DNA of 64,000 nt. Source: Candidatus Hodarchaeota archaeon. GTDB lineage: Archaea; Asgardarchaeota; Lokiarchaeia; Sigyniarchaeales; SOKP01. A model generated the notes under the pieces. The model saw only the letters and a list, made by a program, of their open reading frames with translations. It ran no database searches and was not told the origin of the DNA. Position numbers and translations under genes: made by a program. The DNA lies in NCBI GenBank assembly GCA_048886685.1, contig JBHLKM010000001.1, positions 64,001 to 128,000 on the forward strand, written 5' to 3'. Positions 19,136 through 29,276 of the stretch are shown piece by piece. The first letter of the stretch is position 1; the number at the start of each line of letters is the position of its first letter.

Positions 19136-19972
19136 ATGAACATGTTCGAAATTAAAATTATAAAGACTATTCTATTTGATTTAACTATGACTGAAGTAGA
19201 ACAACTAAAAAAAGTTAATAGAAAAATTATTAAAATAGACGAAGATTTGTGCACTGGATGTGGTAATTGTGTCGTTGCGTGTGCAGAAGCCGCATTAGAA
19301 GTGATAGATGGAAAAGCAAAGGTAGTTAATGACATTTTTTGCGATGGTTTAGGAGCTTGTATAGGAGAGTGTCCTGAAGGCGCACTTGAAATAATTGAAA
19401 GAGAAGCTTTAGAATTTGATGAAGAAGCAGTTGAAAAGCGGTTAGAAACTTTGAACCAAAAAGAATCCATAGAAACAGAACAAGTAAGACAAATTGTTGC
19501 TGAGCATGCTTCACAATGTGGTTGCCCTTCAGCCCAAACAATGGTGTTTAATGAACCTGAGGTTCAAACAGAAGTAGCAGGAAAGATTCCTTCGGCCCTA
19601 AGACAATGGCCTGTCCAAATGCATTTGATCAATCCAAGAGCTCCATATTATCAAGGTGCAGATGTATTACTTTCAGCTGATTGCGTTGGTTTTTCCTATG
19701 GTGATTTTCATAGAGATTTCTTAAAGCAAAAATCGATTGCGATTGCGTGTCCTAAACTTGATCAAGGAAAAGAAATTTACATTGAAAAGATTAAAACTTT
19801 GATTGATGATGCTAAAATAAACACTCTAACAGTTGCTATTATGGAGGTTCCTTGTTGCTCAGGACTATTAGCTTTAGCTCAAGAAGGTGCTAAACGAGCA
19901 AACCGTAAAGTGCCTATAAAGTATGTAGTTGTTGGAATACAAGGAAATATCTTAAAAGAAGAATGGGTATAA
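19136..19972 (+). CDS. 2x[4Fe-4S] ferredoxin-domain protein with conserved Cys-rich C-terminal domain (likely start 19187)
   Basis: CTGCGNCVVAC, CDGLGACIGECP, GCP, LRQWPVQ, ADC, ACPKLD, MEVPCCSG. Confidence 0.85.
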   Translation: MNMFEIKIIKTILFDLTMTEVEQLKKVNRKIIKIDEDLCTGCGNCVVACAEAALEVIDGKAKVVNDIFCDGLGACIGECPEGALEIIEREALEFDEEAVEKRLETLNQKESIETEQVRQIVAEHASQCGCPSAQTMVFNEPEVQTEVAGKIPSALRQWPVQMHLINPRAPYYQGADVLLSADCVGFSYGDFHRDFLKQKSIAIACPKLDQGKEIYIEKIKTLIDDAKINTLTVAIMEVPCCSGLLALAQEGAKRANRKVPIKYVVVGIQGNILKEEWV

Positions 19973-19999
19973 TTTTTTTTATTATTTTTATTTCTTTTA

Positions 20000-20659
20000 T
20001 TATTTTTCGAGTAAAACTTTTTTCTTAATGATTTTTCTCAACATTACTGATAATGCTGATTTAGATTTTCCCATTTGATTAGCCAGTTCTTCTAATGAAA
20101 TTTTTCGTGGGATTTCAAAAAAACCTAAAGAAATTGCTTTATCAAGTATATTCAACTCATCCAATGTTAATTTATTTTTATCATCTTCTAAATTATAAGG
20201 TGATTTTCCAATTCTCAATAGTTCAAAATTAATATTCTTTTGTTCAAAGAGAGTTAATAATTGATCAATCCGTTCTCTACTTGATACTAATCTCCAAAAA
20301 GCAAATCCATCCTCGACTCTTACAGGGAAGTCAATAAGGACGCCACACTTTATTATTGCATATAATAAGTAAGGATCTTTTGTCTTTACATTAAATTTAA
20401 CTCTTTTTTCTTCCTGTTCCAAAATACCTAGCTCTATAACAGAAGGATGCTTTCTAATGTCTTCGATAATTGAATCAATTTTGTAATGCATTATCTCAAT
20501 TGCAGAATTTCCGATAGATTTCTCAAGATCATAAGGAAGGAAATGTGAAATTTCCATTTTAACATCAGGGAAATTTTTAAAGATTTCAGAGATCCATAGC
20601 TGTTCTGGAAACTTAATCTTTATTCTTGCTAAACTAGGTTTGCTTGAATCCATCTTCAA
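20000..20659 (-). CDS. Transcription regulator, HTH_10 (Bat-type)
   Basis: C-terminal AISLGFFEIPRKISLEELANQMGKSKSALSVMLRK. Confidence 0.85.
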   Translation of the reverse strand: MKMDSSKPSLARIKIKFPEQLWISEIFKNFPDVKMEISHFLPYDLEKSIGNSAIEIMHYKIDSIIEDIRKHPSVIELGILEQEEKRVKFNVKTKDPYLLYAIIKCGVLIDFPVRVEDGFAFWRLVSSRERIDQLLTLFEQKNINFELLRIGKSPYNLEDDKNKLTLDELNILDKAISLGFFEIPRKISLEELANQMGKSKSALSVMLRKIIKKKVLLEK

Positions 20660-20741
20660 ATAGTAATGTTTTAGATCTTAAAACTATTTTTTTTATACAT
20701 TAATGATTAATTATTAATAAACTCGAGTAAGTTACTTTATC

Positions 20742-21341
20742 ATGGTCGAAAATAAGAATCTTCTTTTGGGGATATGCGGAAGTCCAAGAAAACAAGGGAC
20801 AGAGTACGCCATTCACTACGCCTTAAATTATGCCGCTGAGAAATTTGGATTTGAAACAGAATATTGGACAGTTAGAAATAAAGAAATTAAATTCTGTCTT
20901 CATTGTGATTATTGTATTCGAGAGAAGAATGGATGTGTAAATAAGGATGATATGGAAGACCTATATCCTAAATTGGAAGAAGCAAGATTTTTTCTTTTTG
21001 GGACTCCAGTATTTCAAGGAAACCTCTCAGGACAACTAAAAACGGTCATGGATCGAAACCGTGCCCTAGTTGCAATGAATCCTAACATATTTAAAGATAA
21101 AATTGGTGCTGCTTTAGCAGTAGGTGGTGATAGATCTGGAGGTCAGGAAGTTGCTATTCGGAGTATTCTAGATTTTTTTCAACAGAATCATATACATTCT
21201 GTTTCAGGGGGTGCTTTTGGAGCAAATTTAGGAGCAAGTTTATGGTCTAAAGATTTGGGTAAGGAAGGTGTCGAAAGTGATAAAGAAGGATTAAGATCAA
21301 TAAGAAAAGTTGTAAAGAGATTAGCTGAACTAAAAAAATAG
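20742..21341 (+). CDS. Iron-sulfur flavoprotein (Isf) / NADPH-dependent FMN reductase family
   Basis: GSPRK, CLHCDYC-x5-C, GTPVF, GGDRSGGQE. Confidence 0.88.
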   Translation: MVENKNLLLGICGSPRKQGTEYAIHYALNYAAEKFGFETEYWTVRNKEIKFCLHCDYCIREKNGCVNKDDMEDLYPKLEEARFFLFGTPVFQGNLSGQLKTVMDRNRALVAMNPNIFKDKIGAALAVGGDRSGGQEVAIRSILDFFQQNHIHSVSGGAFGANLGASLWSKDLGKEGVESDKEGLRSIRKVVKRLAELKK

Positions 21342-21369
21342 CATTAAAAAATTAAAAATAAAAAAAAAT

Positions 21370-21666
21370 TTACTTAACACCAAACAATTTCTTTGCTTGC
21401 TTTATTCTGAGGCCACTTATGCCCCATAATTCTTTAAACCAGTATTTTCCCTTATGTAAAACAGCAGGAGTATTCACAATACATCCATCTGCATCACAGA
21501 AGGTTGCCAAAAAATTTTTGTCATGTAATAATTCATGAACAAACTCCTCATCATCAATGTCTCTTTCAATAAATTTAACATCATTTTTTTCTAGCCAAGC
21601 TTTGAGTTCATGACATCTATGGCAATCTTCTTTTGTGATAATAATGGGAATATTTGCTTTAGCCAT
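21370..21666 (-). CDS. Glutaredoxin-like protein
   Basis: CHRC active site, NTP cis-Pro motif, extra CDADGC pair. Confidence 0.75.
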   Translation of the reverse strand: MAKANIPIIITKEDCHRCHELKAWLEKNDVKFIERDIDDEEFVHELLHDKNFLATFCDADGCIVNTPAVLHKGKYWFKELWGISGLRIKQAKKLFGVK

Positions 21667-21829
21667 AATTAAAAGATAAAAAAGAGGTATATAAAATTTT
21701 TATCTATGAGTTGTAATAAGAAATGCAAGAAAGACAAAGCATTTCAACAGAATGTGCTAAAAAACTAATAATTAATTAACATTAGATTATTATTAATTCG
21801 GATTCTTTTTATGATTAAGGTTTAAAATA

Positions 21830-22141
21830 ATGTCGATAGAAAATTTAATTGAAAAACTTGCTAAGGAAGTCGATGGGGGAGAAGGTGCCAAGGATAATAT
21901 CCTAATTTTCACTTTATCAACTTGTATGTGGTGTAAAAAGTGCAAAGCTTTCTTAAATGATCGCAATATGACATATAGATATATTGATGTTGATAAAATT
22001 AACCAACAAGATAAAGTAAAAATTCTTGATTATTTAAAAAGCAGGTATCAAGAGAGAATATCTTATCCTTTCCTTATATGTGAAAAGGGTCACGTAGTTG
22101 GATACAATCCAAATAAATATGTGGAGTTATTAGAGAATTGA
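21830..22141 (+). CDS. Glutaredoxin/NrdH-like protein
   Basis: TLSTCMWCKK, SYP, VVGY. Confidence 0.85.
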   Translation: MSIENLIEKLAKEVDGGEGAKDNILIFTLSTCMWCKKCKAFLNDRNMTYRYIDVDKINQQDKVKILDYLKSRYQERISYPFLICEKGHVVGYNPNKYVELLEN

Positions 22142-22151
22142 GGGGATTATT

Positions 22152-22520
22152 ATGGATATGGAAACGGAAGAAGGAATGAAAAAATATGTAAATCAAGTTG
22201 CTGATAAAAATGTATGGATTTTAAATAAAGATCAGCAAACCTTTAATGATTTAATAGATGGATTAGTTGATAACAAGAAATCTTATGGATATCAATCATG
22301 TCCATGTCGGCTTGCAAGTGGTAAGAGAGATTTGGATAGAGATCTTATATGCCCATGTGATTATGCCCCTCTTGATATAAAAGAATATGGCGCATGCTAT
22401 TGTAATCTATATTTAAGCTCTGATTTTTATGAAAAAAATGTTGATTTTATTGCCGTTCCAGAGAGGCGACCTGTTGAAAAAGAAAATGCAGTTATGGAAT
22501 ATATTAACAGCCCTAAGTGA
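22152..22520 (+). CDS. Ferredoxin:thioredoxin reductase catalytic subunit-like protein
   Basis: CPCR...CPC...CYC motifs; 10 nt downstream of the glutaredoxin, with RBS. Confidence 0.92.
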   Translation: MDMETEEGMKKYVNQVADKNVWILNKDQQTFNDLIDGLVDNKKSYGYQSCPCRLASGKRDLDRDLICPCDYAPLDIKEYGACYCNLYLSSDFYEKNVDFIAVPERRPVEKENAVMEYINSPK

Positions 22521-22623
22521 TTTTATTCATATATATTAATTCTCTCTTTCTTAAAACATGAATTCAGAATATCAATATTTCATAATCTAAATTTTTAAAT
22601 ATAGCACTTTCTCTTTGTAAAAT

Positions 22624-22782
22624 ATGGCAGATAAAGAAATAACTGATGAAGAATTAGAGAATGAACTTGATAAAGCTTTCAAAGAAAGTGAAAGATTAAG
22701 AGATCACTGTGGAACCCCAATACCGAGTAATAAAGAGGTTGGTGTTCAAAGAACAGATGTCAAACTAAAAGAAGATAAATAA
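22624..22782 (+). CDS. Small charged protein (52 aa, missing from ORF track)
   Basis: MADKEITDEELENELDKAFKESERLRDHCGTPIPSNKEVGVQRTDVKLKEDK; coding-like composition, followed by a T-rich tract. Confidence 0.65.
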   Translation: MADKEITDEELENELDKAFKESERLRDHCGTPIPSNKEVGVQRTDVKLKEDK

Positions 22783-22899
22783 ATCTAAATAATTCTTTTT
22801 TATTCTTGTTTTCTTAATCTCTTGATTTTTATTAAGTTCAATTTAAACTAAAAAACTAATTAAAATTATAACTAAACTTATATTATAAATTTAGGAGGT

Positions 22900-23886
22900 A
22901 TGATGAAAGAGCGAATAAAGGGCAGGAAAAATTATCCTACAGATGAAGTAGATCCCGAAAATTTTCTTGATGATAATGTAATTAGAGACCTTATGAAGAA
23001 AAGAGAGAAAATTAAATTTTCACAAAACCAATTTGATAAACTCTTTAATTGTGTCCATTGTGGTGAATGTGAATCTGAGGCAGAAAGGTTCCAATTAAAA
23101 CAAAAATTTATTGAGGATGGTAATACTTTTGATGAAATCAATGAAATGCTCGAATACTTTCATAAGTATAGATCACCATATCCAACAAATAAAATGCGAA
23201 TAAAGCGGCCAAAAGGAATCCCTCGCGAATCAGATAGTCTTTTCTTTATGGGATGCCTTTCTACGATACGGATTCCAAAATATACAGAGCATGCACTCCA
23301 ATTTCTATTGAATCAAAATATTGATTTCACAATTTTAGATACTGAAATCTGTTGCGGATGGCATCTGCTAGCAAGTGGTTTGAAATCAGAATTTGAAATT
23401 TGTATTAGTGAAAACGCAGAGATTTTCAAAAAGTTTAGAAAAGTAATTTGTTTGTGTCCAGCATGCTATTATCTTTTCAGCAATTATCTTAAACCTAATT
23501 TGGCATATGATATCGAATTTATTTATATCTCAGAATATATTAAGCCATCAAAATCAAAAAAAGCAGGAAGGGTTGGGATTCAGCATTTATGTCAGTTAAT
23601 GAATAGGGGAAAAGAAGGAGTGGATAAATTAGTTGACAATATACTTCAAAAGAGTGGATATGAAGTTATTGATGTTCCTCATTGGTGTTGTGGAGGTGGA
23701 ACTGGTTGGATGGGACGAACAGATGTAATTGAAAGTATTGCACGTAAAAGAATGTCAGATTTTGATAGAGAAGATATCGATTATGCTACAACATATTGCC
23801 CCTCGTGTTGGTGGATATTACGTAGGTTTAGTAAGTTATGCAAAATAAAGCCAAAAGCAAAAGATTTATTTGAACTATTATTATGA
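22900..23886 (+). CDS. CCG-domain Fe-S protein (HdrD/GlpC-like, shortened N-terminus)
   Basis: CVHCGEC, FFMGC, ICCG, CPAC, QHLC, WCCGGG, YCPSC. Confidence 0.85.
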   Translation: MMKERIKGRKNYPTDEVDPENFLDDNVIRDLMKKREKIKFSQNQFDKLFNCVHCGECESEAERFQLKQKFIEDGNTFDEINEMLEYFHKYRSPYPTNKMRIKRPKGIPRESDSLFFMGCLSTIRIPKYTEHALQFLLNQNIDFTILDTEICCGWHLLASGLKSEFEICISENAEIFKKFRKVICLCPACYYLFSNYLKPNLAYDIEFIYISEYIKPSKSKKAGRVGIQHLCQLMNRGKEGVDKLVDNILQKSGYEVIDVPHWCCGGGTGWMGRTDVIESIARKRMSDFDREDIDYATTYCPSCWWILRRFSKLCKIKPKAKDLFELLL

Positions 23887-23897
23887 ATAGGTTTATT

Positions 23898-25538
23898 TCA
23901 TATCAATTTTGGAATTAATATAATAAAATTACTACCTTGCTCATAATCATTTTTAATACGATTTTCAACCCAAATTTTCCCATTGTAGCTTTCGATAATT
24001 TTCTTCACAAGAGATAAGCCAATACCCATTCCTCTTACTTTTTTATCTTTTTTATAGCCTCTTTGAAAAATTAACACTTTATTTTCATCAAATATCCCAA
24101 TACCATTGTCCATAAATTCTAATTTAATGAACTCTATACTGTCAATCTCTTCGGTTGAAATATTAATTTGAATTTCTACAGGCTCTTTTCTATTATATTT
24201 AATTGCATTGTGTAAGATATTCTCAAATACATCTAAAAGAAATTCATTTGCCATTACAGTAATCTCTTCACCGGTTTTATTGAGTTTGATATCTATTTTC
24301 TTTCCCCGAGAGCTCTTTTCAGCAAAAGCCATTGCTTCATCCAAAGATTTATAAAGATTAACTTCTTTTAAAACAAATTCTGTTTCTTGAAGCTTAGAAA
24401 GTTTTCGTACATTATCAATTAATTTTACTCCCCGATTGATTTGATTGTCTATGATTTGAAATATTTCGTCAAGCTTGTCTAAATTTTCCGAGTTTTCTCT
24501 TAGAATTGAGATTAATTCTGCTGAAGATTGTATATTATGAAAGATATTATTCATATCATGTGTAAAAATATCTTTATAAAATTCAGCTCTTTCGTATGCA
24601 TCGCGATACATTTTCTCTGATTTACGTAATTCCTGTTCAGCGTGTTGATGTTCGGTTATATCTTTAAAGCTCCATACTCGGCCTACATTTGTCCCATCGT
24701 GGAACAATGGACAGGAATATTGTTCAAAAATTCTTCCATCCTTAAAAAAAATCATGTCATAAGCATCTTCTGATGTTTTCCTGAGATTATACATTTTTAA
24801 TAAAAATTTCGATGGTTCTTTTAGCTGATCAACGATGTATTCTAATAACTTCTTAAAATCCGATTGTTCAGCAATATCATCTGGTATTCTCCACATATAG
24901 ATGAATCTGGCATTTATATTGGTTATTACATCATCATCATTTATTGCTAATATCCCATCAGCTGTTGCTTCGAATGTGGCCCTTAATAATTCTTTACTTT
25001 CCCGTACTTCGTTTTCTGCGTTTAAACGTTCAATTGCATCTCCAAGAATTTGTGAAAAAATTCGTAAAATAGCAAAATCTTTACCTTTCCATTGAGTTTT
25101 CTCCAAAGTTTTACTAAAACATACATATCCCGCAATATTTCTTTTAACATAAATAGGAAAAGCTAAAAAGGATTTTATTTCCTGAAGTTGCATAAATTCT
25201 TTTAGAGAATTAACGTTGTCTGGTAAGGAGGAAACATCTCGTATATTGACAAAACTTTTTTTTTCTACTTGATCCTTCCACCAAGAGATTTTTTCAGCAT
25301 CAATTTTTTGTAATTTATTTAATTGGGATTTAATTCCATCAGAACACCATTCATGAGTATTTTCTATGATTTCTTTATCCCCATTAAACAGAAAGAGTGA
25401 TACTCGATTAGCTTGAGATAAAAGTCCTAAATCTTGAAAAGATGAATCAATAGCATCATCAAGATTTATAGTACCGACAAATCGAGAAGAAATTGATGAT
25501 ATGACCTTTTCAAAATTTAATCTGCTTTCTAACGACAC
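23898..25538 (-). CDS. GAF-PAS sensor histidine kinase
   Basis: NTHEWC GAF domain, PAS GRVWSFKDIT, THDMNN H-box, NAIKY, DNGIGI, GMGIGL. Confidence 0.92.
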   Translation of the reverse strand: MSLESRLNFEKVISSISSRFVGTINLDDAIDSSFQDLGLLSQANRVSLFLFNGDKEIIENTHEWCSDGIKSQLNKLQKIDAEKISWWKDQVEKKSFVNIRDVSSLPDNVNSLKEFMQLQEIKSFLAFPIYVKRNIAGYVCFSKTLEKTQWKGKDFAILRIFSQILGDAIERLNAENEVRESKELLRATFEATADGILAINDDDVITNINARFIYMWRIPDDIAEQSDFKKLLEYIVDQLKEPSKFLLKMYNLRKTSEDAYDMIFFKDGRIFEQYSCPLFHDGTNVGRVWSFKDITEHQHAEQELRKSEKMYRDAYERAEFYKDIFTHDMNNIFHNIQSSAELISILRENSENLDKLDEIFQIIDNQINRGVKLIDNVRKLSKLQETEFVLKEVNLYKSLDEAMAFAEKSSRGKKIDIKLNKTGEEITVMANEFLLDVFENILHNAIKYNRKEPVEIQINISTEEIDSIEFIKLEFMDNGIGIFDENKVLIFQRGYKKDKKVRGMGIGLSLVKKIIESYNGKIWVENRIKNDYEQGSNFIILIPKLI

Positions 25539-25736
25539 GACTCAATCCACTAGTAATAATTAACCTAATGTTAAGCTAAAAGCGAGAAGCTTTAATATGC
25601 TTAAGATTTATCTGATAATTCTTATTCTGAAAATATGATAGACTAAATAAATTTAAATTTATGGAAAGGGTAAAGGTCTTATTAAAACATTTAATTTGGA
25701 GAAGTTTAATTTAATCTAATTAATTCTTATATTTGA

Positions 25737-26897
25737 TTGAAATTGGCTTTGGAATCAGTTAACAGTGAGAAATCAATTACAAAGGATATAAGAAAATTTA
25801 CTCTTAGGGAATTTGGGGGTGCTTTTGGGGATTGGGGAACATTAATTCCATTTATCATAGGTTATATTTCAATTGTGGGATTAAATCCAACGGGAATTTT
25901 TCTGACGTTAGGTATTACAAATATTATCTTAGGGATTAGATTTAATCTTCCCTTACCCGTCCAACCTCAGAAAACAATCGGGACTGTTGCGATATCAGAT
26001 AAATGGGAGCCTAATATGGTCATATCTACAGGATTTGGAACTGGTGTCATTTGGTTCCTTTTAGGGTTTACGAAAAAACTAAATAAAATAGTCCAAAGAG
26101 TCCCAATTGTAGCAGTACGTAGTATCCAACTCGGATTAGCTTTTATTTTGGGTTGGGCAGGAATTCTTTTATTCAAGGAAAATTTTTATTTAGGAATTAT
26201 ATCCATTATAATAATTCTATTGTTTATGAAGAATAAACCAATCCCTTCCGCAATACTCCTGACTTTGATTGGAGTTCTAGTTATGATATTTTCTAGAACA
26301 GTTTTATTATCAGATATTAAATTTGGTTTCCCAACTTTTAGTTTTGAATTTCCATTGTGGACCAACCTTTTATTGGGGATGATATATGCTGGAATTGCCC
26401 AGTTATTCTTGACACTCACAAATGTTATGATTGCTACAGTAGTATTAATAAAAGATTTATTTCCTGAGAGAGAAGAAGCTATTGATGCTAATATTTTAGC
26501 ATTTAACATGGGGACTATGAACCTAATTAATCCCTTTTTAGGAGGAATGCCTTTATGTCACGGATCTGGAGGATTGATGGCACAATATGCTTTTGGTGCA
26601 CGAACAGGAGGATCAATGATATTAGAGGGAATAATGGAATTATTTCTTGGATTATTTTTTTCAGAATCATTATTCTTGCTTTTTACAGAATTTCCGTCAG
26701 CAATTTTAGGAACTATGTTGATTTATACAGCATATCTATTAGGAAGAATAGCTTTTAAAGACTTTGATAAAAGAAAATTTCCTATTATATTCATTTCAGC
26801 AATTTTTTGTTTTTTTCTTAACATTACAATTGGATTTTTTATAGGTTTAATAATATATTTAATTTTTAAGAAAAAGATCGAAAAAGATGAAATTTAA
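25737..26897 (+). CDS. MOT1-type molybdate/sulfate transporter
   Basis: GAFGDWGT, PLPVQPQK, MPLCHGSGGLMAQYAFGARTGGS. Confidence 0.88.
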   Translation: MKLALESVNSEKSITKDIRKFTLREFGGAFGDWGTLIPFIIGYISIVGLNPTGIFLTLGITNIILGIRFNLPLPVQPQKTIGTVAISDKWEPNMVISTGFGTGVIWFLLGFTKKLNKIVQRVPIVAVRSIQLGLAFILGWAGILLFKENFYLGIISIIIILLFMKNKPIPSAILLTLIGVLVMIFSRTVLLSDIKFGFPTFSFEFPLWTNLLLGMIYAGIAQLFLTLTNVMIATVVLIKDLFPEREEAIDANILAFNMGTMNLINPFLGGMPLCHGSGGLMAQYAFGARTGGSMILEGIMELFLGLFFSESLFLLFTEFPSAILGTMLIYTAYLLGRIAFKDFDKRKFPIIFISAIFCFFLNITIGFFIGLIIYLIFKKKIEKDEI

Positions 26898-27058
26898 TCC
26901 TAAATACAAAAAAAGCTGTATATTTTCATTTTTGAATTATTAATATATTTATGTTTGATTTTTATTTTAAATGAGAAATTATTAGATTCTTTTATAATTT
27001 AAACAGAAAATTATTTTAAGTTTTAAAATAATTTTCGATTTAGGAAGGTGATTTTTTA

Positions 27059-27751
27059 ATGTTCTCAGAAAATGAAATTAATAATATCAAAAGGGAGATG
27101 GCAAAGTTAAAAAATATGGTTACTTTGAAATTGTTTACCGATTTCAAGACTCAAGAAGATGGTAGCAAGCTTAGAAAGTGTATGGCTTGTGAAGGAGCAT
27201 ATGATTTATTGATGATCCTTGAAGAACACTCCAATGGGAAATTAAAGATAGAGGAAATATCAACTGAAGAAAACCCAGAAGAAGCTGAAAAATATAATGT
27301 GATAAAAATTCCCACGATTTTGTTTGTGGATGAAAATGATAAGGAAATAATTAGATATCTTGCGTTTCCCCAAGGATCTGAATTTGTACCCTTTCTAAAT
27401 AGTATCCAATATTTTTCAGGAGTAAGACCTTATTATGCAGATCAAATTATTACTCATCTTAAAAAAATAAAAGAGGCAAATATGAAAATTTTTATAACTC
27501 CAACCTGTCCATATTGTCCTGCGACCGTACCAGTTCTTACATTATTCTCAATAGTCACTAAAGGGAAAATTTCATCAGAAGTAATTGACGTTAATTTGAA
27601 TCCAGATATGGGTATGAAATACCAAGTTCAAGGTGTCCCAATGACAGTCATTAATGAAAAGGATGTTATTCATGGAATGTTTACACCTCAAGATTTGCTA
27701 GATAAACTAGTTGGCGTGAAAAATAGAGATTTTGGAGGTATGTATGCATAA
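27059..27751 (+). CDS. Protein disulfide oxidoreductase (two Trx folds), paralogue 1
   Basis: CMAC and CPYC sites; KIPT and GVP motifs. Confidence 0.88.
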   Translation: MFSENEINNIKREMAKLKNMVTLKLFTDFKTQEDGSKLRKCMACEGAYDLLMILEEHSNGKLKIEEISTEENPEEAEKYNVIKIPTILFVDENDKEIIRYLAFPQGSEFVPFLNSIQYFSGVRPYYADQIITHLKKIKEANMKIFITPTCPYCPATVPVLTLFSIVTKGKISSEVIDVNLNPDMGMKYQVQGVPMTVINEKDVIHGMFTPQDLLDKLVGVKNRDFGGMYA

Positions 27752-28434
27752 TGTCTCAAGATGATAGATATAGAGAAATAATCAAAAGGGAAATGGCAAA
27801 ATTAAAAAAACCAGTGAAGTTAAGAGTATTCACATGTAAAGAAAAACTGCAAAGTGGAAGTCAAATAAGAGAATGTATGGATTGTGGACAATTTATGGCA
27901 TTATTACGAATCTATGAAGAAAATTCTAATGGAATGCTAGAAATTGAGGAATTGTGTATAGATGAAAATCCTGAATTTGCTAAAAAGTATGACATTACAA
28001 GAGTTCCAACAATTTTATTTATTGACAATAAAGGGAGAGAAATAATCCGTTATTTAGCTGCCCCGCAGGGAGGTGAAATACAACCGTTTATTCAAGCTTT
28101 ATTCGCTTTTGCTGGAGCACCTAATTACTATGAAGCGACGATAAAACAAAACTTAGACAGGATTCAACCATCAACAATAAAGGTGATGATAACTGAGACT
28201 TGCCCATACTGTCCACAAGTTTGTACGATAGCTAACAATTTTGCGATTGCTTCTGAGGGTAAAATTAGAACAGTAGTGATCGATATAATTGCAAATCCCG
28301 ACATTGGTCAATACTATGATGCTGCAGGCGTCCCTTATACCATAATTAATGATAAAAAAACTTTAGTAGGAATGGTGGGGGCTCCTGAGATATTAAGGGC
28401 ATTAATTGGGGGGAATATAAGAGTACAATATTGA
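27751..28434 (+). CDS. Protein disulfide oxidoreductase, paralogue 2
   Basis: CMDC and CPYC sites; TAATG stop/start overlap with paralogue 1. Confidence 0.88.
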   Translation: MSQDDRYREIIKREMAKLKKPVKLRVFTCKEKLQSGSQIRECMDCGQFMALLRIYEENSNGMLEIEELCIDENPEFAKKYDITRVPTILFIDNKGREIIRYLAAPQGGEIQPFIQALFAFAGAPNYYEATIKQNLDRIQPSTIKVMITETCPYCPQVCTIANNFAIASEGKIRTVVIDIIANPDIGQYYDAAGVPYTIINDKKTLVGMVGAPEILRALIGGNIRVQY

Positions 28435-28664
28435 TTCTAAAATAAGCTTAAAACCAGAGACTCAACTGAAACAACTAGATCTTTTAACCTAATAATTAAG
28501 TTTGTATTTCCTCCTTACCAAATATCCTAATGGAGGTAAATCTTTCATGAGAATTTTGATTACCATGAAGTTATTAAAGCTATTAATGTGAGAGAAGAAT
28601 CAGAAGATCCTTCTCTAATAATCAAAAATCTAGAACTAATTCACTAATTTTTAAATCTATTATT

Positions 28665-29276
28665 TTACTTATACCTTTTTATAAGATCTGTGGCTAAAGT
28701 TTCAAAAATAATTTCTAAATTTTCACCTGTTTGAAGATTACAGATTGCATATCCATCCAATTTATGTGATTTCGCAAGGTTTCTAATTTCTTCATATTGA
28801 ATTTTTGGTTCATTATTTGTAATGTACCCAACAAGAATGGTTGGGATATATTTTAGAGTACTTTTTAATGTGGAAAATTTTTCTATGATAAGTCTTTCTG
28901 GATGATTATTAAACCACTCATCAATCTCTTTACTAGGTCTTTCAATTGGAAGATTTAGAGTACTCTTTAACCATTTATCAATTTCTATGATAGTTCTTTC
29001 TCGTGTAATATCACACATTATAAGAATACCATGAGTTCCGACGAAAAAATTATGAAATAAAGATCGAAATCTCTTCTCATGACTTATTACCCAAGTACTC
29101 AAACTAACAATATATCCATTAATATTTAGAAACTTAAAAAGTAAAATAAATCCTGTTGCTTTAATCGATTTGGGATCGAAAAAATGATTTTGAAAAGCTC
29201 TTTTCTGAAAAGATAATAGTTCATCTCTTCTAAAATCATTTAATATGACAATTTTAAAAATAAAATCACTATGCAT
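28665..29276 (-). CDS. Degenerate Rab-like small GTPase (pseudo-GTPase)
   Basis: Rab scaffold FIFKIVIL, RFRSL..FFVGTHGILIMCDIT, IPTILVG, TGENLEIIFETL; G1, G3 and G4 residues are absent. Confidence 0.75.
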   Translation of the reverse strand: MHSDFIFKIVILNDFRRDELLSFQKRAFQNHFFDPKSIKATGFILLFKFLNINGYIVSLSTWVISHEKRFRSLFHNFFVGTHGILIMCDITRERTIIEIDKWLKSTLNLPIERPSKEIDEWFNNHPERLIIEKFSTLKSTLKYIPTILVGYITNNEPKIQYEEIRNLAKSHKLDGYAICNLQTGENLEIIFETLATDLIKRYK

